NCBI GenBank assembly: GCA_963758635.1
Contig: CAVWWD010000007.1
Location: 256,001 to 320,000, forward strand
From: an uncultured Candidatus Rokubacteria bacterium
GTDB taxonomy: Bacteria; Methylomirabilota; Methylomirabilia; Rokubacteriales; CSP1-6
Direction of reading: 5' to 3'
DNA length: 64,000 bases
A program made the translations under genes and the position numbers. The notes under the pieces were generated by a model. That model was not told the origin of the DNA, did not search any database, and was given only the letters and a program-made list of their open reading frames with translations. Shown piece after piece: positions 32,310-42,201 of the stretch; within the stretch, counting starts at the first letter, position 1; each line of letters begins with the position of its first letter.

Positions 32310-32859
32310 GGCGGGGCCTCCAGGCTGGGGGTTCTCTGCAATGGGAGGCGTCCGAGCCTTTGCGCTCTCAATCGTGCCGCGAAACGTCGACAGCGGCGTG
32401 CCGGCGTAGGCGAGCAACCTCTCACGGGCCTCGGCGACCTGCCTGCGCGCACCCCGCATTACCGGCCGCGGGTCGGCCAGGGAGATGAGCTTGCCCCGTA
32501 GTTCCATGACCAGGCGGAAGTAGCCCGGGTCGTCTGACCGACCTCGGCCGCTCATCGTACCTCCCCTCGTTACCGGGCGCACTCGTGATCGAAAGGCTGT
32601 CGTGACCACGAGAGGCCGTCTTGAGGTCGAGCCGGGCGATCACGAGGCTTCCGGATGAGCGCCGGGACGGCCAGGGGGCGGTGGCGTGCGCGCCGTGGCC
32701 TGGGAACGGGGACCGTGACGCTGCCGGCATCGGTGCGTCGCCGCATGGCGATATGACGGCGACCGTGATGCTCCGCCGTCCGCGTGGGATTCTACCTGGA
32801 AGACGACCATCGCCGTCAGGTCGCTTCATGCTGCTCGCTCCGTGAGGGGGAGGATGATT

Positions 32860-32975
32860 CGGACCCCGCGCTCCATACGACGCTGGCGGCTGGCCGGGGG
32901 CGGCCCATCCACTACCACACGCTCGTGTTCGACGGCGTCTTCTTTGCCGATGGCGCGAGCGGAGCAACCTCTTGA
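32860..32975 (+). mobile_element. IS91-family transposase remnant
   Basis: IHYHTLVFDGVF resembles the HUH (HxHxLxxDG) motif of IS91 transposases; surrounding frame degenerate. Confidence 0.5.
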
Positions 32976-33081
32976 GACTTCACACCTAGCTTGGAACGCG
33001 CGCCCGGGGTCGGCGGGTGCGGCGACGGGGCGGGCCAGTCCGCCGTTGTCAACGCGGGATGCGGGCAACATACTAGGGCGC

Positions 33082-34425
33082 ATGAGCGATCTCTGCCTCC
33101 TCTCCGCCTCGGAAGCGGCCCGCCGGATCCGCGCGGGCGCCCTGTCTCCCGTCGATCTGCTCAGCGCCTGCCTCGAGCGCGTGGACGCGCTCGAGCCCCG
33201 GCTCTCCGCGTGGGTGGAGCTCGACCGCGACGCCGCGCTGCGCGTGGCCCGCGAGCGCGCCGCCGAGGGGAGAGGCGGGCGCTTCCTCGGCGCGCTGCAC
33301 GGCGTGCCCGTCGCGCTGAAGGACATCTTCGACGCCGCCGGGCTCCCCACGCGCGCCGGCGTCGACTTCTACGATGGGCGGCCCACCGCCGACGCGGTCT
33401 CGGTGGCGCGCCTGCGCGCCCACGGCGCCGTGATCATGGGCAAGGTCGTGACGACGTCCTTCGCGCTCATGGATCCCGGCCCGACGCGCAACCCGTGGAA
33501 CCCCGAGCACACACCCGGCGGCTCGTCGAGCGGCTCGGGCGCGGCGGTGGGCGCCCGGATGGCGCCCCTCGCGCTGGGCACGCAGACGGTGGGGTCGACC
33601 CTCCGGCCCGCCGCCTACTGCGGGGTGGTGGGATTCAAGGCGACGCACGGGCGCATCCCCGCCACCGGCGTGGTGCCGCTGGCCTCGAGCCTGGATCACG
33701 TCGGGATCATCTGCCGCTCCGTCGAGGACGCCGCGCTCGCGCTCGGGGTCATGGCGGGCCACGACGCCAGCGATCCCCTGTCCAGCCCGATGCCGGTGGA
33801 CGACTTCGGCGCCGGCCTGCGCGATCCGGCCCCGCCGCGGATCGGCATCATGCGGTCCCTCGTCGCGCGCGCGGCGCCGGAGACGGCGGCCCACGTGGAG
33901 GCCACGGCGGCGGCGCTCGCGCGGGCTGGCGCGACCGTGGTCGAGGTCGCGCTGCCGCCCGCCTTCGAGGGGCTCCACGACCTCGGGCAGCGCGTGGTGC
34001 GGGTCGAGGCGGCCGCGTTCCACCGCGACCTCTTCGCGCGCCACGCCGACCGCTACCCGCCGCGCCTCAAGGAGGCGGTCGAGCTGGGGCGCACGATCTC
34101 CGGCGTCGAGTTCCTCGAGGCCCAGGCCGCGCGCCGCCGGTTCCGCGCCGAGATGACGGCGGTGGCCGGGCGCTTCGACGCGCTCCTGTCGCCCACCGCG
34201 CCCGGGCCGGCGCCGAAGGGCATCGACGCCACCGGCGACCCGTGGTTCTGCGCCCCGTGGAGCTACGCCGGCATGCCCGCCATCTCGCTGCCCAGCGGGC
34301 TCGACGCCCAGCGCCTGCCGCTGGCCATCCAGCTCGTGGGCGCGCCGTGGGCGGAGACGCGGCTCCTCGGCGCGGCGTCCTGGTGCGAGCGCGCCATCGG
34401 GTTCGCGGAGGCGCCGCGTGCTTGA
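33082..34425 (+). CDS. amidase signature family protein
   Basis: LHGVPVALKD, TRNPWN, PGGSSSGS, GTQTVGSTLRPAAYCG. Confidence 0.93.
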   Translation: MSDLCLLSASEAARRIRAGALSPVDLLSACLERVDALEPRLSAWVELDRDAALRVARERAAEGRGGRFLGALHGVPVALKDIFDAAGLPTRAGVDFYDGRPTADAVSVARLRAHGAVIMGKVVTTSFALMDPGPTRNPWNPEHTPGGSSSGSGAAVGARMAPLALGTQTVGSTLRPAAYCGVVGFKATHGRIPATGVVPLASSLDHVGIICRSVEDAALALGVMAGHDASDPLSSPMPVDDFGAGLRDPAPPRIGIMRSLVARAAPETAAHVEATAAALARAGATVVEVALPPAFEGLHDLGQRVVRVEAAAFHRDLFARHADRYPPRLKEAVELGRTISGVEFLEAQAARRRFRAEMTAVAGRFDALLSPTAPGPAPKGIDATGDPWFCAPWSYAGMPAISLPSGLDAQRLPLAIQLVGAPWAETRLLGAASWCERAIGFAEAPRA

Positions 34426-36009
34426 ACGTCAAGGTCCAGGGCGGGCAGGTGCTCGATGGCACGGGCGCGCCCGCCGTCCGGGCCGACGTGGGGATCCAGG
34501 GCGAGAGCATCGCGGTCGTCGGCGACCTCTCCCGCGAGCCGGCGGGACGCACCGTGGACGCCTCGGGCCTCACCGTGACGCCCGGGTTCATCGACATGCA
34601 CTCGCACTCCGACTGGCAGCTCTGGGGCAACCCGCGCGCGGAATCCAAGATCCGGCAGGGCGTGACCACGGAGGTCGTGGGCAACTGCGGCTTCTCCCCC
34701 GCGCCGGTGGCCGACGAGTACCGCGACGAGATGCGCGGGCTTCGCCCTCTACACGACCAAGGGCATGGACTTCTCGTGGCGCTCGATGGGCGAGTACCTG
34801 GCGCGCTACGCCGACCGGGGCATCGCGCTCAACGTGATCCAGCTCGTCGGCCACGGGGCGCTCAGGCTGGCCGCGATGGGCTTCGCGCGGCGCGAGCCCA
34901 CGCCGGCGGAGATGCTCGCGATGGAGCGGTTGATGGACGAGTCGATGCGCGACGGCGCCTGGGGGCTCGCCACCGGCCTGATCTACGCGCCGGGCTCGTA
35001 CGCGCGCACGGACGAGATCGTCGCCGTGGCCCGCCGCGCCGCCGCGGCCCGCGGATTCTACGCGAGCCACATCCGGGGCGAAGGCGCGACGCTCCTCGAC
35101 TCCGTGCGCGAGGCGATCCGCGTCGGCCGCGAGGGCGGGCTGCCCGTGCAGGTGAGCCACCTCAAGGCGGCGGGCCGGCCGCACTGGGGCCGCGTGGCCG
35201 ACGCGCTCGCGCTGATCGACGCCGCGCGCGCCGAGGGCCTCGACGTGATGGCCGACGCGTACCCCTACACGGCGTCCAGCACCTCGCTGCGCACGCTCTT
35301 GCCGGACTGGGTCCTCGAGGGCGGGATCGCGCCGATGCTCGAGCGCCTCCGCGACCGGAGCGCGAAGGAACGGATCCGCGCCGAGCTGACCGGGGGCAGC
35401 CCGGTGCTCTCGCGCGGCCTCGGCTGGGAGGACATCATGATCTCCTACGCGCCGGCGCGCCCCGACGCGCAGGGCCGCCGGCTGTCCCAGATCGCCGCGG
35501 CGTGGAGCCGCGATCCGCTCGACGCCGCCATCGACCTGCTCCTCGCCGAGGGCGGCAAGGGCTCGATGATCCTCTTCCAGCTCGACGAGGACGACGTCCG
35601 GCGCGCCCTCGCGCATCCGCAGGTGATGATCGGGTCGGACGGCTCGGCGCTGGCGCCGGACGGCGAGATGGGCGCGGCCAAGCCCCACCCGCGCAGCTAC
35701 GGCACCTTCCCGCGCGTGCTCGGACGCTACGCGCGCGAGCAGGCGGTGCTGTCGCTGCCGGAGGCCGTGCACAAGATGACGGGCCTGCCCGCGCGGCGGC
35801 TCCGCCTGTCCGATCGCGGCGTGCTCCGGGCGGGGGCCAAGGCCGACCTCGTCGCGTTCGACGCCGGCCGGGTCGCCGACCTCGCGACGTACGAGGATCC
35901 TCATCAGTACGCCACGGGCATCGAGCACGTCCTCGTGAACGGGCGCGTGGTCATCGCCCGCGGCGAGCACACCGGCGCGCTGCCGGGGCGGGTCCTGACC
36001 CCGCCGTGA
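34418..36009 (+). CDS. N-acyl-D-amino-acid deacylase (D-aminoacylase); frameshifts near 34425 and 34740
   Basis: PGFIDMHSHSD, GVTTEVVGNCG, YASHIRGE, GSDG, HPRSYGTFPRVL. Confidence 0.9.
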
Positions 36010-36037
36010 CCCGGCCAGCGGCGACGGGCGGAGCCGC

Positions 36038-39000
36038 ATGAAGATCGGGCGGCTCTTCCCCGACCTCCTCACCACGCTGGGCCGGGCCGCCGCGCCGGAG
36101 GCCGGCTTCGCGTTCACGCTGCGGCGGCTGGTCGCGCTGTCCGGCGCCACCGCGGGCGGCCTGGAGTTCCTCTCCGGCCGCGGCGCGCCGTGTCCTGGTG
36201 ACCGCGGGGACGAAGCCGGGCTCCGCGCTCGACGCCTGGATCAGGGAGCACGTGGCCGACCCGGTGCGGGCCGCCGGCGTCCGCCGGCTGAGCGAGCGGC
36301 CGCCGGGGTGGCGGCCGGGAGAGCCGCCCGTCGTCTTCCGCGCGCCGCCTCGGCGATCCCCGGCGGCCGGTCGGCCATCTCCTCCTCCTGGGCCGGCGGG
36401 GCCGCCAGGGCCTCGAGGCCCGCCCGGTGCCGTCGAGCTTCCCGCGCGAGTTCGGCCTCGCCATGGAGCAGGTGTGGCGGCTTCACGAGCGCACCGCGCG
36501 CCTGGAGGTCCTGAACGAGGTCACCCGGCTCATCGCCAGCACCGTCGATCTCGCGCGCATCTACCAGATGGTGACGCAGTCGCTCGAGCCGGCTCGTCGC
36601 CTTCGACGCGCTCGCCGTGGCCCTCCTCGATCGCGAGCGGGGCGAGCTGTCGGTGGTGGAGGTGCCGCGCGCCGCCGACGGCGCCGCCTCCCATCTCCGG
36701 GCTCCCGCGCGGGACACCCTGGCGGAGTGGGTGATGTCGGAGCGGGTCCCGCGGCGCGTCGACGACGGGCGCGATCCGTCCCTGCCCGAGGCGGCGCGGC
36801 GCATGCTCGCGTCGCGCGGCTTCGCGTCCCTCGTCGTGGTCCCGCTGATGTCGGGCGGCGAGGTGATCGGCACGCTGAACGTCATGCACCGGGAGCCTGG
36901 GCGCTTCACCGACGCGGACGCCGAGGTCCTCGGCGAGGTGGCCCGCCCCCTCGCCTCCGCCATCGAGCAGGCGCGGCTGCACGGGGAGACGGCGCGCCGG
37001 GCCGAGGCGCTGGCCGCGCTCAACCGGACGACCCAGCTCATCACGTCGCGCCTCGAGCTGTCCGCGGTGCTGGAGGCGATCAGCCGCGCGGTGACCGATC
37101 TCATCGGCAGCACCGGCTGCGGCATCGGGCTCCTCAACGCGAACCGGAGCGCCGTCGACCACGTGGCCGCCCACGGCTTCCGCACGGAGTCGTGGCGCGG
37201 CCTGTCCATGCCGGTGGGCCAGGGCATCATCGGCCGGGCCGGGGCGTCCGGCACGGCCATCCGCGTGGACGACGTGCGCCTCGATCCGCGCTCGGCCATG
37301 CGCGACGTGGACGACGACGAGGGCATCCGCTCCATGCTCTCCGTGCCGCTCCGGGTGGGCCGCGACGTGATCGGCGTGATCTCCGCCTTCTCGCACACCG
37401 CGGGCTTCTTCACCGCGCGCGACCAGACGGTCCTCGAGGCCTTCGCCGACCAGGCCGGGATCGCGATCCAGAACGCCCGCCTCTTCGAGGAGAGCCAGCA
37501 GCGAAGCCGCCAGACGCAGGCCCTGCTCGAGGCCGGGCGCGCGGTGAGCCAGAGCCTGGACGTGAACGAGACGATCCACGTCATCCTCCAGCAGGCGCGC
37601 GCGGTGCTCGGCGTGGAGTCGTGCAGCGTGTTCACGCTCGACGAGGTGTCGGGCGAGCTCACGCCGGCGGCGAGCCTCGACCTGGACCCGGCGACGGTGG
37701 GCCGGATCCGCATCCGCGTGGGCGAGGGGATCACCGGGCTCGCGGTGAAGGAGCGCCGGCCCATGCAGAGCACGGACGTGGTGGCCGACCCCCGCGTGCG
37801 TCACCCCCAGGTCCCGGCGGCGAGCGGGCTCCGCTCGCTCCTCGCCACCCCGCTGCTCCTCGGCGATCGGGTGATCGGCGCCCTCACCGTCCTGCGCGCC
37901 GACGTCCATCACTTCACCGCGGAAGAGCAGGCGCTCACCGCCGCCTTCGCCGACCAGGCCGCCATCGCGCTCGAGCACGCCCGGCTGTTCAGCTCCGTGC
38001 GGACGTACTCCGAGCGGCTCGAGAGCATGGTGACCGAGCGCACGCGCCAGCTCGACGAGCAGAAGCGCTTCGTCGAGGTCGTCCTCGAGACGCTGCCCCT
38101 CGGCCTCTACGTGCTCGACAGCAGCTTCCACGTGATCAGCGCCAACCCGGAGGGCGCGCGCGCCCTGGGCGGCCGCCCCGCGGTGGGGCATGCCTTCCTC
38201 GCCCTCGTGCCCGATGCCACGGTGGAGAGCGTCCGCAGCTTCCTCGCCTCCGTCCTCGAGAGCGGACAGGTGCGCTATGCCGAGGAGGTCGTGGTCGAGG
38301 GCGGCGACGCCCGCACCCTCCGGCTCACCGGGGCGCCGCTCCATTCCCCGGGCGGCGGCCCCACGCACGCCCTGGTCCTCGTCGAGGACGTCACCCTGCA
38401 GAAGCGACTGGAGCGCCAGATGCTCCTCACCGAGCGCCTGACCACGGCGGGCACGCTCGTCGCCGGCGTCGCCCACGAGCTGAACAACCCCCTCGCCACC
38501 ATCGCCGGGTGCGCGGAGGCGCTGCGCGAGCGCGCGCAGGATCCCGCTCTCGGCGCGCTGGACGCGTTCAAGGACTTCCCGTCGTACCTGTCGCTGATCG
38601 AGGAGGAGGCGTACCGCTGCAAGGAGTTCACGTCGAGCCTCCTCCAGTTCGTCCGCGAGCCGGGGAGCCGCCGCGCTGTCACCGACGTGAACGGGCTCGT
38701 CACCAAGACCCTCGAGCTCCTGCGGCACCAGCCGCGCTTCGCCGCGAGCCAGCTCCTCACCGAGCTGGCGACGGAGGTGCCGGAGATCGTCGCCAACGAG
38801 GGACAGCTCCGGCAGGTCGTCCTCGGCCTCGCCGCCAACGCGCTCGAGGCCATGGAGGGACGCGGCACGCTCGTCGTGCGTACGCGGCTCAGCGCGCCCG
38901 GGGAGGTCGAGATCGCCCTCATCGACCAGGGGCCGGGCATCGCCGAGGACGTGCTGCCGCGCATCTTCGATCCGTTCTTCACCACCAAGCCGCCGGGGCA

Positions 39001-39139
39001 GGGGACCGGCCTCGGCCTCGCCATCGCCCAGGGCATCGTGGCCGACCACGGGGGGCGCATCGAGGTGTCGTCCCGGCCCGGGCACGGGAGCACGTTCCGC
39101 GTGCTCGTGCCCGTGCGCCCCGAGGAGACTCCGGCATGA
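36038..39139 (+). CDS. multi-GAF/PAS sensor histidine kinase; several frameshifts in 36190-36600
   Basis: three or more GAF domains, PAS, AHELNNP, DQGPGI, FFTTK, GTGLGL. Confidence 0.9.
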
Positions 39140-39226
39140 TCCGGGGGCTCGTGGCTGGGGAGGCATCGGCATGATCAGGGGGCTCGTGGCCGGGGAGACG
39201 CCGGCATGATCCGGGTGCTCGTGGCC
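39122..39226 (+). repeat. three tandem 35 bp copies of the kinase/regulator junction
   Basis: each copy is G(A/G)GGAG..CGGCATGATC(C/A)GGG(G/T)GCTCGTGGC; ATGs at 39136, 39171 and 39206. Confidence 0.92.
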
Positions 39227-40550
39227 GACGACGAGCGGAACCTCCGGGAGCTTCTCGTGCGCGAGCTGGGCCGGAAAGGCCACGCGGTCGACGGCGTGGG
39301 CGACGGCCAGGCCGCGCTGGACCGCGTGCGGGAGGACCCGCCGGACGTGCTCGTCCTCGACATGCGGATGCCGCGCGTGGAGGGGATCGAGGTGCTCCGC
39401 GCGCTCCAGACGTACCCCGAGGTGCCCCAGGTCATCGTCACCACCGGCTTCCAGGAGGTCGGCAACGCGGTGGAGGCGATGAAGCTCGGCGCCTACGATT
39501 ACCTGACGAAGCCCGCCCGCATCGAGGAACTGGACATCCTCATCCGCAAGGCCGCGGAGAAGGGGCGGCTGATCCGCCAGAACGTGGTCCTGAAGAACCA
39601 GCTCGACGCCGCCGGGCCGCCCGCGGGCATCATCTCGGTCAGCGCGAAGATGCAGGACGTGCTGCGGCTCCTGGATCGTGTGGCGCCGACGGAGTCCTCG
39701 GTGCTCATCCTGGGCGAGAGCGGCACCGGGAAGGAGCTGGTGGCGCGCGCCGTCCACGACCGCTCCCCGCGGCAGAGCCAGGCCTTCGTGCCCATCCACT
39801 GCGGGGCGCTCCCGCGCGAGGTGCTCGAGAGCGAGCTGTTCGGGCACGAGCGTGGCGCGTTCACGGGAGCGGTGGGGATGAAGCCGGGCCTCATCGAGCT
39901 CGCCGACGGCGGGACGCTGCTCCTCGACGAGATCGGCGAGATGGAGCCGGAGAGCCAGGTCCGGCTGCTCCGCGTGCTCGAGACGAAGAGCTTCTTCCGG
40001 GTCGGCGGGACGCGGAGCCGGACGGTGGACATGCGGCTGGTCGCCGCCACCAACCGCGACCTCGCCGACGCCATCAGGAACGGCCGCTTCCGCCAGGACC
40101 TGTTCTACCGGCTCAACACGATCACGATCGCGCCTTCCCGCGCTTCGCGAGCGCCGGGAGGACGTCCGCGTCCTCGCCGAGCACTTCGTGGAGCGCAACG
40201 CCGCCTACGGCCGCAAGCGCCTCTCCGCCGAGGCGCTGGCCGCCCTCGAGGCCTACGACTGGCCGGGCAACGTGCGTGAGCTTCAGCACGCGATCGAGCG
40301 CGCGGTGATCCTCGCCGCCGGCGACGTGATCCAGCCCGCGGACCTGCCCGCCGAGCTGCAGACGGGCGGCGGCAGCCCGTCGGCCCTGCCCGCCGGGAGC
40401 CTCGAGGACATGGAGCGGCAGCACATCATCTCCGTCCTCCGCCAGGTGAATGGCCACCGGGGCAAGGCGGCCACGCTGCTCGGCATCGACCCCAAGACGC
40501 TCTACCGGAAGATTCACGGCTACGGCATCAACCCCGAAGCGATGAGCTGA
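39206..40550 (+). CDS. sigma-54-dependent response regulator; frameshift near 40135
   Basis: [37 protein letters not shown]. Confidence 0.93.
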
Positions 40551-40706
40551 CCGCCGGCGCGGCAGCGGCCGACGAGCGGGACGGGCGCCGCGCCATGCGA
40601 CGGCGCGCCCGAACACCCGGCCGCCTGCGGGCATCCTGCCCGATCGCTCCGGAACGTCACCGCCGGCAACGTGCCGAAATCGTGGAAGAGCGTGCACGTG
40701 GGGACG

Positions 40707-40722
40707 CGGCACGGTTGTTGCC
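40707..40722 (+). promoter_or_regulatory. sigma-54 -24/-12 promoter
   Basis: CGGCACGGTTGTTGCC, GG-N10-GC; palindrome CGGCAACGTGCCG upstream near 40664. Confidence 0.65.
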
Positions 40723-40781
40723 CATTCAGCTTGACGCCGGAAGGCGAGCCCATCGCAACCAAGAGGAGAGAGAGAGCCTAC

Positions 40782-41189
40782 ATGCACCGCGTGCTTCTGA
40801 TCGAGCCCGATCGCGTCATCAGTCAGTCCGTCGGCATGCGTTGCCTGTCGAATGGGATCGCCGTCCGCGTGACCGACACGCTCTGCGAGGGCGTTCGCTA
40901 TCTACTCGAGGCGCCCGTGTCCGCCGTCGTCGTCGACGCCGGGCTGATCCGGCTGTCGCCCGCCGAGCAGGCGCGTCTCTTCGAGGCGGTGGCGCCCGGG
41001 GTGCCCGTCGTCGTGACGGTCAAGCCGAATGCGCCGATGGAGGAGCACGTGCGCTTCGAGGTGGAGGGCTTCATCGTCGCCGCGAAGCCGGTCGACCCCG
41101 TCGACCTCCTGGCGAAGCTCGAACCGATGAGTCGTCTCGCCCCGGCGGCCCGCGACGCGGCCGCACGGGTGCAGGCGCTCTGCGGATAG
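40782..41189 (+). CDS. stand-alone atypical receiver-domain protein
   Basis: VLLIEPD...AVVVD...VVVT...AKPVD receiver topology; GAGGAG SD. Confidence 0.65.
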   Translation: MHRVLLIEPDRVISQSVGMRCLSNGIAVRVTDTLCEGVRYLLEAPVSAVVVDAGLIRLSPAEQARLFEAVAPGVPVVVTVKPNAPMEEHVRFEVEGFIVAAKPVDPVDLLAKLEPMSRLAPAARDAAARVQALCG

Positions 41190-41203
41190 CACGGAAGCGC
41201 GCG

Positions 41204-41410
41204 ATGGGTCGGGCCAGCCTCGTCGCCGTGCTGGTGCTGGGCCTGATGATCGCGCTGCTCGGCGCTCTCGATACGGTGGGCGAGGCGGTGTGGGAGGAGC
41301 GTGGCGGCGTGGTCACGGCGGACGTCCGACGCGCGCCCGCCGACGACATCCCGTCGGGCTCGGAGCTCGATCTCATCGAGCCCCCGCTGACGGCCTGGCC
41401 GACCCGCTAG
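41204..41410 (+). CDS. small membrane-anchored hypothetical protein
   Basis: N-terminal hydrophobic helix MGRASLVAVLVLGLMIALLG. Confidence 0.5.
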   Translation: MGRASLVAVLVLGLMIALLGALDTVGEAVWEERGGVVTADVRRAPADDIPSGSELDLIEPPLTAWPTR

Positions 41411-41668
41411 CAGCGCCCCGCGGGCCGGCCGGCGCGCCGTCCTCTCGACGAGGAGGGAGGACGGCGCGTGTTTCTTCTCTGCTCGGCGCGCTGTTGCGTG
41501 TCCTCGACGTGGTCACGGGAGACGCTCGCCTCACAAGCCGCCGGCAGCGCCCCTGAGGTCCTGGTGTACACTACGGCCGGTGCGCGTGAGCGGTCACCCT
41601 TGCCTCCGATGGGCTCCTCCGAGTCGGGGCCTGAACGAGCCGGAGGAGAAGGTCGAAGGAGGTACCAG

Positions 41669-42049
41669 ATGGCGGCAAAGCTTTACGTGGGCGGGCTGTC
41701 GTACTCCACCACCAGTGAAACTCTCAGGGAATACTTCTCCCAGTGCGGCACCGTCGAGTCGGCCTCGGTCGTCACCGACAAGTTCTCCGGTCAGTCCCGC
41801 GGGTTCGGGTTCGTCGAGATGGCGACGACCGAGGAGGCGCAGCGCGCCATCGCCGAGCTGAACGGGAAGGACCTCGACGGCCGGAAGCTCACCGTGAACG
41901 TGTCCAACCCGCGCCCCGCGGGCGGAGCGGGCGGCGGGCGGCCCGGCGGCCGTGGCGGCCGTCCCGGGGGCCCGGGCGGGCGCGGCGGTGGCGGCGGCGA
42001 TCGGGCGGCCTACGGCGTGCCGCCCTCGAAGAAGCCCTTCCGCTGGTAG
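41669..42049 (+). CDS. RRM RNA-binding protein with Gly-rich tail
   Basis: KLYVGGL RNP2, RGFGFVEM RNP1; AAGGAGG SD. Confidence 0.95.
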   Translation: MAAKLYVGGLSYSTTSETLREYFSQCGTVESASVVTDKFSGQSRGFGFVEMATTEEAQRAIAELNGKDLDGRKLTVNVSNPRPAGGAGGGRPGGRGGRPGGPGGRGGGGGDRAAYGVPPSKKPFRW

Positions 42050-42201
42050 CCTCCTGGCCGACGGCGGGAACCGAACCTCCACGGGCGCGGTGAGCGATCA
42101 TCGCGCCCGTGGTGCGTCCGGAGCCGGCACGGACGGCGCGGCGACGGCGCCGCGGCGGCGGCCGCGCCGCGTGGGCGGCGGTCAGAGGACGGGCGAGGCG
42201 C

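Noticed and set aside
23775..32995. Direct repeats (TAGCT) bounding the accessory segment as att sites
   Set aside because: The match is only about 5 bp, with no tRNA or integrase; not significant.
36530..40198. Very long antisense and off-frame ORFs (e.g. 1222 aa minus, 1016 aa at 32991, 864 aa at 28619)
   Set aside because: Shadow ORFs of GC-rich coding sequence; Arg/Ala/Gly-rich with no motifs and overlapping well-supported genes.
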